Shown here: piece by piece, positions 1 through 12,073 of the stretch | Layout of the letters: each line of letters begins with the position of its first letter | Position numbering within the stretch: the first letter of the stretch is position 1 | Assembly (NCBI GenBank): GCA_051362555.1 | Contig: CM120640.1 | Coordinates: 32,817,967 to 32,881,966, forward strand | Reading direction: 5' to 3' | DNA from: Lingula anatina | Taxonomy: Eukaryota; Animalia; Brachiopoda | Length of the DNA: 64,000 nt | The notes under the pieces: model-generated | Database searches by the model: none | Told to the model about the DNA's origin: nothing | What the model saw: only the letters and a program-made list of their open reading frames with translations | Program-made: the position numbers and the translations under genes

Positions 1-280
1 AGGCACACATCTAGCCACCAGTACACATTATGGATTCAGACCTCCCATAGCAAAACTAGACCCTCAGTGGCTGGTACTGTCAGTGTAAAGCAGGTTTCCA
101 AGACAGTTGGAAGTTGTGCACATATGACTTCAGTTCTGTGGTATATGGGGTTTGCCACGAGGCAGGGGTACAATAAAAATTATGTTGTGGCGAAGGCTGT
201 TTGGATGCCTCACATTTACCAACATCAAGTGGTGAGAGTATTAGCGAGACAGAAAGTGTTTCAGACAGCACATCTGATTA
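1..280 (+). pseudogene. Frameshifted C-terminal SWIM zinc-finger region of a decayed DNA-transposon protein
   Basis: Stitching frames gives RHTSSHQYTLWIQ..(shift)..SGWYCQCKAG(shift)SKTVGSCAHMTSVLWYMGFA..(shift)..CLDASHLPTSSGESISETESVSDSTSD*. The CxC...CxH pattern (GWYCxCK.G...GxCAH..SVLWY.G) matches SWIM fingers of animal transposon proteins as I recall them. Confidence 0.7.
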
Positions 281-2612
281 ATTATCTATTGTTCCTTTAC
301 ATTTTTTTAATTCTCATATTTATATATTTTGTATAAAATAACTCTTGCATTGCATTCTATACAAGGTCTTTATCACATACATAATCATATATGAAGTACT
401 TTTTAGGTGATTTAATTATCATTGTCACACAGATTATTGGCCATAACTGTTCTTACGTGTACTATATTTTCATTTGGTTTTTACTTTTACCTTATCATTA
501 TTTTGGTACAATTTATACCTTGTTTATTTCATGGTTAATGGAAACATTCCAAATAGCTGTTTCGAGTGCATTTAACGCATGATTTTTTGTGTTACTGTAA
601 CAGCCTTTTACTTTTAGCATTTTTTACTATTCCATAGAGCATTGTATAAAAAATGTGTATTGGTTAACAATACAATTATTTAGACCAACAAATGCTGGTC
701 TGTGAGAAAAGTTATATAAAATTAATAAATACGCTGAAACAAGTTTTTCTAGTTACAAGACTTTTATACAGTAAAGTGAAATCAGTGATGGTTTCTGTGA
801 GAAAATATCGTAATACACCACCCCTCCCTCTCTTCTCTAGGATTAAAAAAAAAACAATTACTTTCCCACTTACTTGTGCCACACCACAATTATTTAACAT
901 ATAACTCTTTTTCTTTTCACCACAAGACAAGTTTCATTAGAAAAAATTATTTAAGTAAGATGCTGAAATAAGTAGCTCTGATTCATATTAGACTGCATAC
1001 AACAGGTAAATCTGGTTACCCCCACCCCCACATATAACTCATTAAAAATACTAAGTTACGATGCCTGAAACCAAGTAATATTTTTTCACACAACAAATAT
1101 ATGCATAAACTTAATAATAGCAAATTATTTTAAAAAAATTGACGATGGGCACTTTGCCAATGGTTATCTGCACTCATCCTTTAATTTTTCACATATCGAC
1201 ATTTTCAAGGTGTCACTTTGAACTTCCATTGGCTTGAAGACCTTTGCTAGTCTGAATATCCGTGATATTTTTATTTTATTATTAAAATTGATGGTCATTA
1301 TGCTGTTAAGCATTATGTAATATTGCAACGAAAATGAAGAAACCTCTATTTTGGACACTGCTTTTATAGTAACCATTAAAGGAAAACCATGCCACTTACT
1401 CTTCTTAAACTTACAGGAGAGACACACAGGACTAAAATGCACCCTGTGTTGGAAAAGCAATCTAATTGGCTTCTTTTTCTGTTGTACATGTTTGTGAAAT
1501 TGTTATCTTTCACATATTGGCGTTTTCAATGTGAGACTTGGAACTCCCATGGGCATGATGCCCAGTGGTAATCACATTTTCTGAATGACCATGTTATTAA
1601 TAAAAGATAAATGGTGGTAATTATAGTTAATCATTATGTAATATCGCATCAAAATTGACAAAAAGCCAACTTCGTGCACTGTCATCACAAACGTTATGAT
1701 AAAAAGAAAACTGTGTTACTTATTATTTTTTTAGCTTAAAAGAATTATTCTTAGGATTGACATACAGCTCATATAAAAAAAAACAGCTCTATTGGATTAT
1801 CATTTTTTATTGAATTAATGCAACTTTTTGTGAAATTCTCATTTTTCTCATTCTGGCATTTTCTAAGTATGAACTTGAATTCTCATGGGCCTGAAGCCTT
1901 ATGCTTTTACTTTCATCGGTATTGCTATTGTGCATAATTTAAATTTGATGTTGACTTTGCAGTTAAGCATAATGTATTATTGCATCAGAATTGACAGTAT
2001 CCTATTTTGTGCATTATTATCTTCTGCTTTTTGTCTGTACATTTGACAGCTTTGCTGCCTTGTTCAAGGTGAAACTCAAAATTGTATTTGAAACTTTATT
2101 AGAGTTTTTGCTTTCAAGCACTTGCCTTCTTCGCCGCATAGTTCACCCATTCATTTGTTTTAATTTGTACATTTCCTGGAGGTTATTGAGTACAAATAAT
2201 GTGATTGTGTTCTTGCCCGATAATTAATTCATCAATGTCGCTGGCGTTAGAAAACTCAGGAAGTGGCCCATGCCTGCATAAATCCCTTGCTGTCTTCGAT
2301 TTGGATTTAATGGGATTTGTTGACTGCGTGCCACACGTTTCCAAAATCTGGTGCGTTCCACACAGGGCTTGATAATCTATTTCTGATATGCTGCGTCATC
2401 CTGAATTTCATTAAGCTATGCTTAATCGTTACTGCTATATGTGGAAATAAAAGCGATTTATGGACGTATTACCGCTATATTTGCATCCCGAAGTGGAAAA
2501 GCTTTTTACCGGTAATTTTCGTTTATTTTCTCCTAGAATTTATAAATATTTCAAATTTTAAGAGCGGTACTAAGGTTGAATGCTTATTTACTATAACGGC
2601 AGTTACCTTTAA
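1..2612 (+). mobile_element. 3' part of a DNA transposon, possibly Kolobok-type
   Basis: SWIM pseudo-ORF, then AT-rich sequence with a degenerate ~330-bp-period repeat, then a CpG-richer subterminal block ending GGCAGTTACCT|TTAA (2598-2612), which resembles a Kolobok end with a TTAA target site. The other terminus lies outside the window. Confidence 0.4.
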
Positions 2613-2746
2613 AAATCTGAATTTATTTTTCGAACAGAGGGACAAGCAGAATTCGTAAAGTAATTTGCCAATCGCCCGATAATTCTTTAGTGTCGGGGAG
2701 TGATTGGGTTGGGAGCGACTTGCCCATCTTAAAAATAGTCCTGACT

Positions 2747-2914
2747 CAGGGGCGGATTTAGGGCGTCTTCTGGGTCTTCCGGAAGACGGTCAGATTTTCA
2801 AGTTTACATTGACGGGTATCCAATTTTTTCTGTCGGAAGACGGTCAAAAATGAAGAACGGATCAACAAAGATAATTTGGAAGACTGTCAGAAAATATCTC
2901 TGAATCCGCCCCTG
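2747..2914. mobile_element. MITE with CAGGGGCGGATT terminal inverted repeats and a 5-bp TSD
   Basis: CAGGGGCGGATT at 2747 and AATCCGCCCCTG ending at 2914. TGACT flanks both sides (2742-2746, 2915-2919). Three internal GGAAGAC(G/T)GTCA repeats. Confidence 0.8.
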
Positions 2915-3303
2915 TGACTAGCTAATTATTATAGACAATTAGTTTCACCTAATCTTTAAAATTTTACATCTGGGTTTAGACGAGCAAACCCCTAAAATCT
3001 GGCTTTAAACGCGTTCTTTGCAATTAGATTTTACCTCTCTTTCTCGTCTACCGCCAATTTTGTTTACATTAACACGTTGTATTTTGCGATTGGAATTCAC
3101 GCAGGAATCGTCAGTGAATGGTAAATAGCAGACTAAAATTAAAGCAGACGGAAACCTACGCCTTTAAAAGGTCGGCGGGCTAAATACTACCTCTCTAAAT
3201 GCATTTATTTTTGAAAATTAAAAAAAAAATTGACGAATTTGTGCTTGCCCCAATACGTTTCAGTTTTAAACGTGTTTTTCCTATGAAGTTATCAACTAGA
3301 CTC

Positions 3304-3995
3304 CCAAAACTGCACCCCTGGGGGTAAGCGTACTCTCTGACCACAGGGTGCGCTCGTAGTTCGTTACAAAAATGTTGAATGGCTCACACTGTAATTTTGT
3401 ATACTGTTTTAGGAGCACCAGATATCAGAGGGCAGGGTAAGCGTACCATAAACAAATATGATCACTCCGATGTGTTGCTGCAAAAAAAGATGAGTATTGT
3501 AGATGCGCGGTACTAGTAGCCAACAGGTTTGCTGCAAAACCGATATAAAATTTTTCAGTCTTTTCAAGTTGGCAGTCAGATCGTCCGTACCACTCTTCAT
3601 AATCATATTGATCATCCAACTTCAACTTCGGTTATGTCCCGCTCTACTGGTCGCAATTTCAATCACCGTAGGGGATATCACAAATGAGAAATTCGTTTGG
3701 CAAGAACTCGCATAGGTAACATAAAGAAAATGATCTTGAAATGGCGCACCTGATCATTGAAATGAAATTAAAATGGGCTTATTTTAATAAAACCCGTTAA
3801 GATTTACAGTCAGGTGTAAATTAAGATGTGCCTCAAAATAAAATTTGATGTCCGTCAATTTTTATACTGCTCTACTGTGTTATATATCCTTTTACTGACG
3901 CCAATACTGGCCCCTTCCAAAGTTGCACCCCATGGGTAGCGTACCATTAACAATTTGACAAATATTATCACTCTGATGCGTTGTTGCCAAAGATA
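3304..3995 (+). repeat. Degenerate dispersed direct repeat
   Basis: ccaaaactgcacccctgggggtaagcgtac (~3304) and ggtaagcgtaccataaacaaatatgatcactccgatgtgttgctgcaaaa (~3436) recur as ccaaagttgcaccccatgggtagcgtaccattaac...aaatattatcactctgatgcgttgttgccaaa (~3917-3991). Confidence 0.55.
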
Positions 3996-4251
3996 GGCAA
4001 AAAAAGATACGAAACCTAGTTTAATATATTTATTTAAAAAAATTATTAATAGAGATAAATTTAAAGTGTACTCCCTCCCGAGAATTCTGGATCCGCCCCG
4101 GGTGAGTCAATGTGACTGTAAACTAAAATCTGATAGGCGCTTAATGTTATTTGGCAGTGGTCCTAACGACGGCATCGTCGATGGAAAAGGAATAAAGCTT
4201 TTGAGGCAGTGGGGTATTCAAGCTTGAAGCTGAGGAGTAATCTTGATAGAC

Positions 4252-6386
4252 ATGATGTGGCACTGGTTGTTCTTGACCGTCATATTCTCACCTCTGCTGG
4301 TGCTTTTTGTATTAAGGTTTTACCTCAGAAAGACGCGTTGGTGTACCAGCAAACGCAGATTGGATGGCAGAACCGCTGTTATTACAGGTAACTGAAAAAA
4401 TATCCATTTCAAGGCACATTTCGAAAAGAAAAAAGGTTCACCTTGACTCAACTTTCAATTTGAAAAGTAACATTTTGACAAACAAGTGTCAGTTAAAACT
4501 TATAACGAAAATAAAAATACGAATGTTTAATTGAAATATGTTCTGTAAGATGTGTAAAATGTGTTCCAAAATATGTGTTAAGTTATACTATCGTGGCTAA
4601 TAACGGCCTCAAATAATCCCGGCTAATGTTCCACTTAGAGAATACGCTTATCCAACCGTTACTCGCCTAAGTGGTCTGTAACAAAAGACTTGCTTATCCC
4701 TTCCGAATGCAAGAGCTGAAAAGTAGCACAAATTTCTCCATTAGCGTCATAACTCTAGACAACAGCATTTATCTGCATAAAACTATTTGAACTGACGCGA
4801 CATTGCAGTGTTGGAGATGTCGGATATTTTAAACATTAAAAAATGATTCAAACTAAGAACATTTCCTTAGACTTCGTTACATCTTCTGTAAGTGAAAAAT
4901 GAAGATGAAGATGGGGAAGGCTGTGTACCATTTGAAATACTTCGATTTTTGTTAAACTAAATCATAGCATTTGTTGCAGGGTCTAGCGGAGGAACAGGCA
5001 AGGCCATCGCACTCGACCTGGCCAAACGTGGCTGCAAGGTAATTCTTGCCTGCAGGAACCCCATCAAAGCCCAGGCAGCCGTCAACGAGATAAGAAAACT
5101 CTCTTCAAGCTCCAATGTGCATTTCATGAAGCTCGATCTTGCCAGTTTACGTTCGGTCAGATATTTTGTGAAGGAATTTGAAAGTTTGGAGGATAGGTTA
5201 GACTTGCTGATTAATAATGCAGGTGTGAAAATACTTTTTACCCTTGTCCGTTTACGAAATGGCCTGCCGCGAGAAAGTATTAATCTGTTAGTTTAATTTG
5301 GACAGGTAAATTGATAAAACAGAAAGCGCCTGCATCCGGTGTGCGTATGATAGTATACACTTTTTTTTTTTTTTTTTTTGTGATTGCTTCTTCATCACAG
5401 TTGGTCAATTTGAAAAAGCACAAATGATTAGGCCATTCTCTACTTTGACGAAAATCTAAGGCACCGATGAATTACAGCATAATGTGCAACAAGCCCATTT
5501 TCTTCAATTTTCAGGTTACTTAGGCCCGAGGTCAATAACCGAAGACGGATTTGAACGCAGCCTAGCGGTTAATTATTTAGGACATTTTTTGTTGACGAAT
5601 CTCTTATTACCAAAGTTAAAAGCGTCGGCTCCTAGTCGGATAATAAACGTATCCTCAGACGCTTTCCTTAAAAATTCCTGCTCGCTTGACCTTGAAGATC
5701 CTCATTACGAGAAGAACCCAGAAAGCTACACTTATTATGGCGCGTATGGACGCAGTAAATTAGCAGTCATGCTGTTTACCGCGGAACTAGCGAAGACATT
5801 AGACGGCACCCGGGTGATCCCCCTGTCAGTGCATACAGGTGAGAAAAGGAAATGTGCCGATTACGTCATGAAAATGCTGCCAAATTTCTTTAAGTACGTA
5901 AAGTACCCCTGACATGGCAAATGTCTGTATAACTCTCCTTGTCAAATAAACAGCGTTGAAGAAATAGTAGAGTTGAAAAGAGAGAGAGAGAGAGACTGAA
6001 AATAAAGCGGAAAAAATCGATCAAAAATATCTCTAAACTAAGTTCATATGTAAACGTTGTACATTTTTTCCCCATAAATATTTTTCTTTTCATTGAAAGG
6101 TCCCGTGAAATCGGATCTGTTGCGTTCGTGGCCAGGATTCGGGGGCTTTTTGCTTCGCCTTGTTGCTTTCCTCTGTTTTCGTTCCACCACCGAGGGCGCC
6201 CAAACCCCCTTGCATGCCGCATTATCTGACGGGATGGACGACTTCACTGGGTGTTTCATTGTCGATTGCCAAGTTCATGAACTACCAGCCCATGCCAAAG
6301 ACAAACAGATGGCTCAAAAGCTGTGGGCGTGGAGTGAAGCGGTGTGCGACATCAAGATAGAGAACGGCACGGCCACATATGCGTAG
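4252..6386 (+). CDS. Retinol dehydrogenase 12/13/14-like short-chain dehydrogenase/reductase (4 exons, ~329 aa)
   Basis: Exons 4252-4387, 4980-5222, 5515-5838, 6100-6386, all GT-AG, total 990 nt. N-terminal hydrophobic anchor, LDGRTAVITGSSGGTG Rossmann motif, LDLAS, LINNAG, NYLGHFLLT, catalytic YGRSK, EGAQT. Confidence 0.92.
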
Positions 6387-7513
6387 TGAGACGCACCGAT
6401 GGCACCCCAGTTTCTTGAGACAGTGGGAACTCACCTTCTACCTGATAGTGCATGTAGAGTTTCCAGTGATCTCTAAAAAAATCAGGGTGATCTTGGTCAA
6501 ATTTTTTGTAACTATTATGAAAGGAGTGACAGAAAGTAAGTAAATCAGAACAAAATTATGAGAATATTTGTAAACTCGGCTTTGATCAAACTGAACGAAT
6601 CAAATCGAAGCAACAGAGCCAGTTTCTGATTATTGATCCCATCGATTAAAACCAAGACGGTGGAATGTGTATAATTAAGAGACGACGTTGAAATAACTTA
6701 TCAGTTTGGTAGATATTGACGTTATCTAGTGGGCACATTCTGAATTTAGGAGAAATTGGCGGCGATCCTCCCGATACTTGTTAATGTGATTTAGCATTGA
6801 AATGTGTACTGACTAATATATAGAGACTTTGACAGATGAATTACATGGTGTAAATTCTTGAGTCAACGAAAAATCTGTATGCAATCCTTTACATGACCTA
6901 CCAAAATATCAAGTTCAAAGCTAATGTTACTACATGTGCAAGTGCTATTTAGAAGATGTACTCTGCGATTTAGGAATGTGGCCAGATTTTTTAGTCACAC
7001 GTTTTTAGTGTATTTGCACGGTTTGAGAAATGCCTTGTCTGCCCCTACGGTCATGTATTCAGTAATGTGTTGCATTAGGATTTTCTTTTTTTAGGCATTC
7101 GTCGCTGTTGGCGTATATGTCTTCATTATCAAAATAAATGATACCTTACATGTATAACAAATATAGATTTTATTGTTACATAAACATCACTTATCATAAG
7201 AGCAGTCATTGCTATATTTACATGTATCATTATTACTAAAAATAAACATAAGCTGACGGATGTTTTACTGCAGATCATACCACATTTTTGTGACAGTATT
7301 TAACTTGGAAAGATTGCACCCAAAATTACTGTTTTCATATAATAAAACCAAACTGCTTCCAAGCTGAAATGTTTCCAGTTATGATCAATATGTGGCAAAC
7401 CATACATGAACAGTGTTAAATATTTCACAATGTACATTGGCACCATAAATTTTTAAAATGATTTCTGCATTCATGCTCAGTTCTGTCACATACATATACA
7501 TATTCCTGTATGT

Positions 7514-7932
7514 CTATTGTGTTGATGTTCCTCCTATAGATGTAGCTGCTGCCTCTGACCTCTTAATTTCTGTAGTGATTTGTGTCAAGTCCTGGATGAA
7601 TGTCTGAATCTGTAAAGAAATCAAAGGAAATTGTACATTCTGGGCATTTTCCCTATTTCCAAAATTATCAATTTTCACAGCTCATATTATGCATTACTCA
7701 ACAGTTTGTTCAAAGTTGGGAGGTTCTGTGAAAAATCTGTTTACAAAACTACAACTAATTTCACATGGGTTAAAATGCTTACCTTGTTCAACTGTTCATT
7801 AGTATCCTCTGTCATTTCTGTTTGGCCTTGTTTCTGGTGTTTGTTTACCAACATGAATAAATTATGGGTGGCCCTGAAAAGAAACACAGGCACATGGAAG
7901 CTGGTCAGAATCTTAGAAAAAGTACTTCTAGA

Positions 7933-7986
<54 letters not shown>

Positions 7987-10900
7987 GATCATATCCTGTG
8001 TAATTTATGGGAGATCCTTAAACTTATAATCAATATATAAAATAAACTTTCTTTACATATGAAGAAAATTTCCAATTCACAGTGGCAATGAAAGATTTTA
8101 TCACTTACATCTTAATTTGACCTAATATAAGAGTTTTCTTGGCAGCAGTATTTTTGATGTGGGTCCACTTTGATTCCCATTTTACTGCAGCACTCTGGGC
8201 TTTGTCTAATCTTGTTTGGAGGCTTGATAAACGGTTGTTATAGCCTAAGATTTCATTGTGCTTATCCTATGGGAAAATATAATATCAAAACATAAAATTT
8301 AAAAAAATATACTTTTTCATGCAGGACACTTGCTAATATTTCTAACACTAGTATTTGTGAAATTAACAACTTTGCAAACATGTATGCACTTGAATATTAT
8401 CAAAGGGGATTACAGTTGAATTTTCATTGTATTCCTTCTGTACACTTACTTCTGTGTATTTCATTAAATCCTGTCTCATTTTTTCAATTTTTTCTTGATT
8501 AGCTTGATCTCTCTCCAATAAATCCTAAAAAATAAACAAATAAATAAATAAACAAAATAACTTGATGGGTCAACATAGTACTAGTACTGTGTATCAAAAT
8601 GACATTTTTCACTTTAATGACTTTAAAGTAATCTGATCCTTATCAAAAATGGTTTCATCTTCTTTCTATAAAATACTCCAGGTTTGAAATCTCTGTTAAT
8701 GTAATCTGGATTCAGAAACATGTAATGTGGTCTTAAAATAGATAAGCTAACACTAACCTAAATCTTTACATGACCCCCAAAACATTCAGAACCATTAGGA
8801 CAACCTGATAATTCATTTGTGGGGTAAGTGGTGAAATGTATTAGAAGACTTAAGAATAGATTTCTCTTCTGTGAATCAAAAGGTTACCTCATGAGTAGCA
8901 GTGAGCGTTGCATATCTTGCAATCACTTCTCGGATTTCACTAAATTCTTCTGAAGTCTCCAAGACCTTGTCTAAATACTTCTGGAAGATTACATGTTTTT
9001 CCAGTTTTGTTTGGAGCTTTTCCCTCTGCTTGGCAAACTCTGACGTCTCTTCTCTTAACCTGTAAGTGAAAAGTGAGTGATTTATCTTGTTTTCTATGCT
9101 ACAACTGCCATTAACAGTGGATAAGATGAAACCAAACATGGTCTTCTTGGTGCCAGGTAGTTCATAGAGAAAAAACAACACCTTACTATACACTAATCTA
9201 CTCACTGCCCAACAGACAATGTTGTGAGTATTTGTTTACAAGCAATTTGACAGGAACTGTACACTATCTATGGTAGAAATATATATGACATACTTGTCTA
9301 TGTCTTTTTCCTTTTGTTTACGCAGATCAATCTCATCATTGGCTTTCTTGACAGCTCTTGACCTTTTGGAGTCATTTTCCTAGAAAAAAATGTGATATAA
9401 GAATGTAAATACAGACAACATATCAGCACATCTGTCTAAATAGGAGACTCTAGTAATTTTTTCCAGAAATCACCTGATGGTTTCACTGGTAATTAGTCAA
9501 TCCTGATTACATGCCAATAGTGAATAACAGAAAGCATAATTCACAAGCTGTCATGTCTCCAGTTTTTTTTTTTGTGAGTGTGTGTGTGTGTGTCTTTTTT
9601 TCTTTTTTCTCTTTGCTTTGTGCTCCTGAAGTAAGCATTTAAAAATAGTGGCTAAAGGCTTTATGTGGACAGTATCATCAAATTGAACTTGGTAATAAAA
9701 TAATGGCTGATGTCAGTTTTTTTTTACCTTGAGAAATTTATCAAACTTCAAAAGAGCTTCTTTTAGTTGAAATTCCTTCCTTTCCAACTCCTCTCTTCTC
9801 TGTTGTAAACTTTCCATTTTCATTTGAAACTCCTCTTTTTGTGCTGCCAGAGCCTGTTCAACTTCAGCCATCTCACGTCTCTTCTCCAAGAGCCGGGTAG
9901 CAGGAGTAAGATGGTCATCTTCCCGCTCTGGCATCTTTCTATTTGAGGAGAATTAAAAATTTGAAACACTGATTTTGTATATATAAATATGTTAAAATAT
10001 ACAGTCATGAGACAAAATAACCAGTAAAATGCATTCATTATGCTACCAATCAATTTGTCACTTTCATCAGATGGTTTCTCTTATATGTGTAGTCAAATAA
10101 TTTTTCCCATACTTGGGTGATTGGTTGATTCCTTATGAATTAAAATATATCCAAATAAATGTTGTTCCAAGGTGTCATTTCAGTTTTTATTTATCTGATA
10201 ATTAATTTCAAAGAATATTTTTAAAACTGAAGCAGTTTCTGCTGTTATAAAGTTTTTATAATATGATCCATAACTTATGACAGCGTGTCTTATTTGTGTA
10301 CTTGTCAAACTTTGGAGGCAGATTCTTGAGTGTATTTATTTGAAAATAGAGATCAATGATAAAAAAAAATGAAATAACAATGAAAAGAGGGGCGAAATGT
10401 TGTCATCCATATCACCACCATCTTCAGAATCTTGAACATATCTTAGATACTGTAAGGGGTGGTGCACTGACTATCCTTATTTTCATGATAAAAACAGGAG
10501 CTATATGTACATGTATCCTGAAAAGTGGAAGTTCGTGCTTGATTAGGGGTACTGTTTAGTCTCATTTTCACATGCTTTTTCCTTTTCCTTTTCAGACAGG
10601 AATGCAATTTTCACCATGCATTCCATTCTGCAAATATTTAAAATGAGTTTCATGTTATTTTGATTTCACTGTAGCTTTTCATGTTGATGAAATAAACTCC
10701 CTAAATCTACAGCATTATCAGCAGCATTAACCCCTTGATTTTCAGTTGTGTGTGGCATACATGAATAGAGAGGTGAAAAATACGGAAAAGTATAAAGATA
10801 CTTCTGTTTGGAATGTAGGTCCAAACTGACAGTGATTTTCACATTAAAGATCATATGAAGCAAGAGTAAATGCCCTAAAACGTATATATATATAAACTAT

Positions 10901-11916
10901 CAGTACCAGTTTCTTTCACAACACAAATGAAGGCCACATGCCAAAAAACAACCTAAATTAATCTCTTGGGCAGCAGAAAAAAGGCTTTAAACTGCACCTT
11001 TTTTTAAATTCTGATAATAAATAAAATCTATTGAATATCCCTCCAGTCTGCAAACTTCAAAGCACAGAGAATAATCAGAAATTGTCTGCGTAAAAAAAAA
11101 CATTTTTCAGGAAATAATGCAGCCAAAGTTATTCTATTTGAAACTATGTGCTGGCATTTCATCAGGTGCAGCTACAATGATTTGACATAAGGGCTCACTT
11201 ACAATGCATCTGAAACTTTACCTTTTTTGTTTAGACTCAGGATTTTTAAAAATGTAAATTATATAGTGCTAGCTAGCAGCTAACTATTCAACCTAGGAAT
11301 TATTAAACTTATTCATTGGAACATCGCCAGTTTGATCAATTGAATAGAGGGTAAATCGGAAAGTTTGACAGCATACAATAGACAGCAAAGTTGGTGACAA
11401 TTCTAATCAGACAATTCTAATCTGGTGTGACAGTCCAACAAAAGGAAGCCCGAGGTCCCATTAGGGTTAGTTGGAGTCCCCTGTACAAATTAATGGGGAG
11501 TGGACTATGGCTCCTAGTGGTATATCATTCCTGCCACACTGGCCACATCATGCCAGACTCCTAGCTTTCATGACATGCTGTTTTGCCCTAGGGTTTATGC
11601 CATGGTCTACTGTAAATGCCTTGTCAAGTCAAAAAATATCAAGTCTTGATATTTATTGTCATATGATATTCTAATTTAGTTGTATGTGTACAGTGATTAC
11701 AAGCATTTGTGCATGCATAAAATACTAAACACCATCACTTAAAAGTAAAAAGTAAGTTGTTTTTATTGAAAACCCCACACATTGTTTAAAGTTGGGAATC
11801 TGACCTAAGTTTGCCTCAACAATTCTAAAAGTCAGGTTTCTGCTATCATTAAATACTTACACAAGGAGCTTGTCCTCGAAAGTTGTTGCAAAGTATTCTT
11901 CCAAATTAACTGTCAT
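7514..11916 (-). CDS. CCDC42: Coiled-coil domain-containing protein 42 / CFAP73 family, ciliary (8 exons, ~314 aa)
   Basis: Exons 11916-11861, 9938-9728, 9379-9294, 9059-8888, 8524-8450, 8266-8109, 7873-7783, 7609-7514, total 945 nt in frame. MTVNLEEYF...[15 protein letters not shown]...[18 protein letters not shown]...[24 protein letters not shown] is diagnostic of the family. Confidence 0.9.
7936..7981. repeat. Poly(A) tract
   Basis: About 45 consecutive A in a CCDC42 intron. Confidence 0.9.
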
Positions 11917-12073
11917 TTTGGCCGTGGGCTTAAAAATATTAATAAATAAAACAGTACAAGTGATTATGTGCTGTCACTTAATCCAATATGGCGCTGTTAC
12001 TATGCCCACGACGCTTTCCGAATGGTGGCGGATATTGACGAAGATACCAAACGACCTTGACCGAACTAGTAAA
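11917..12073. promoter_or_regulatory. Compact bidirectional promoter for CCDC42 and NipSnap with an RFX X-box-like site
   Basis: Only 157 bp separate the divergent ATGs. CpG-enriched. CCAAT at 11983-11987, YY1-like ATATGGCG, X-box-like GTTACTATGCCCAC at 11996-12009. Confidence 0.7.

Noticed and set aside
7631-8029. 132-aa ORF with poly-Lys
   Set aside because: Artefact of an intronic poly(A) tract, antisense to CCDC42.
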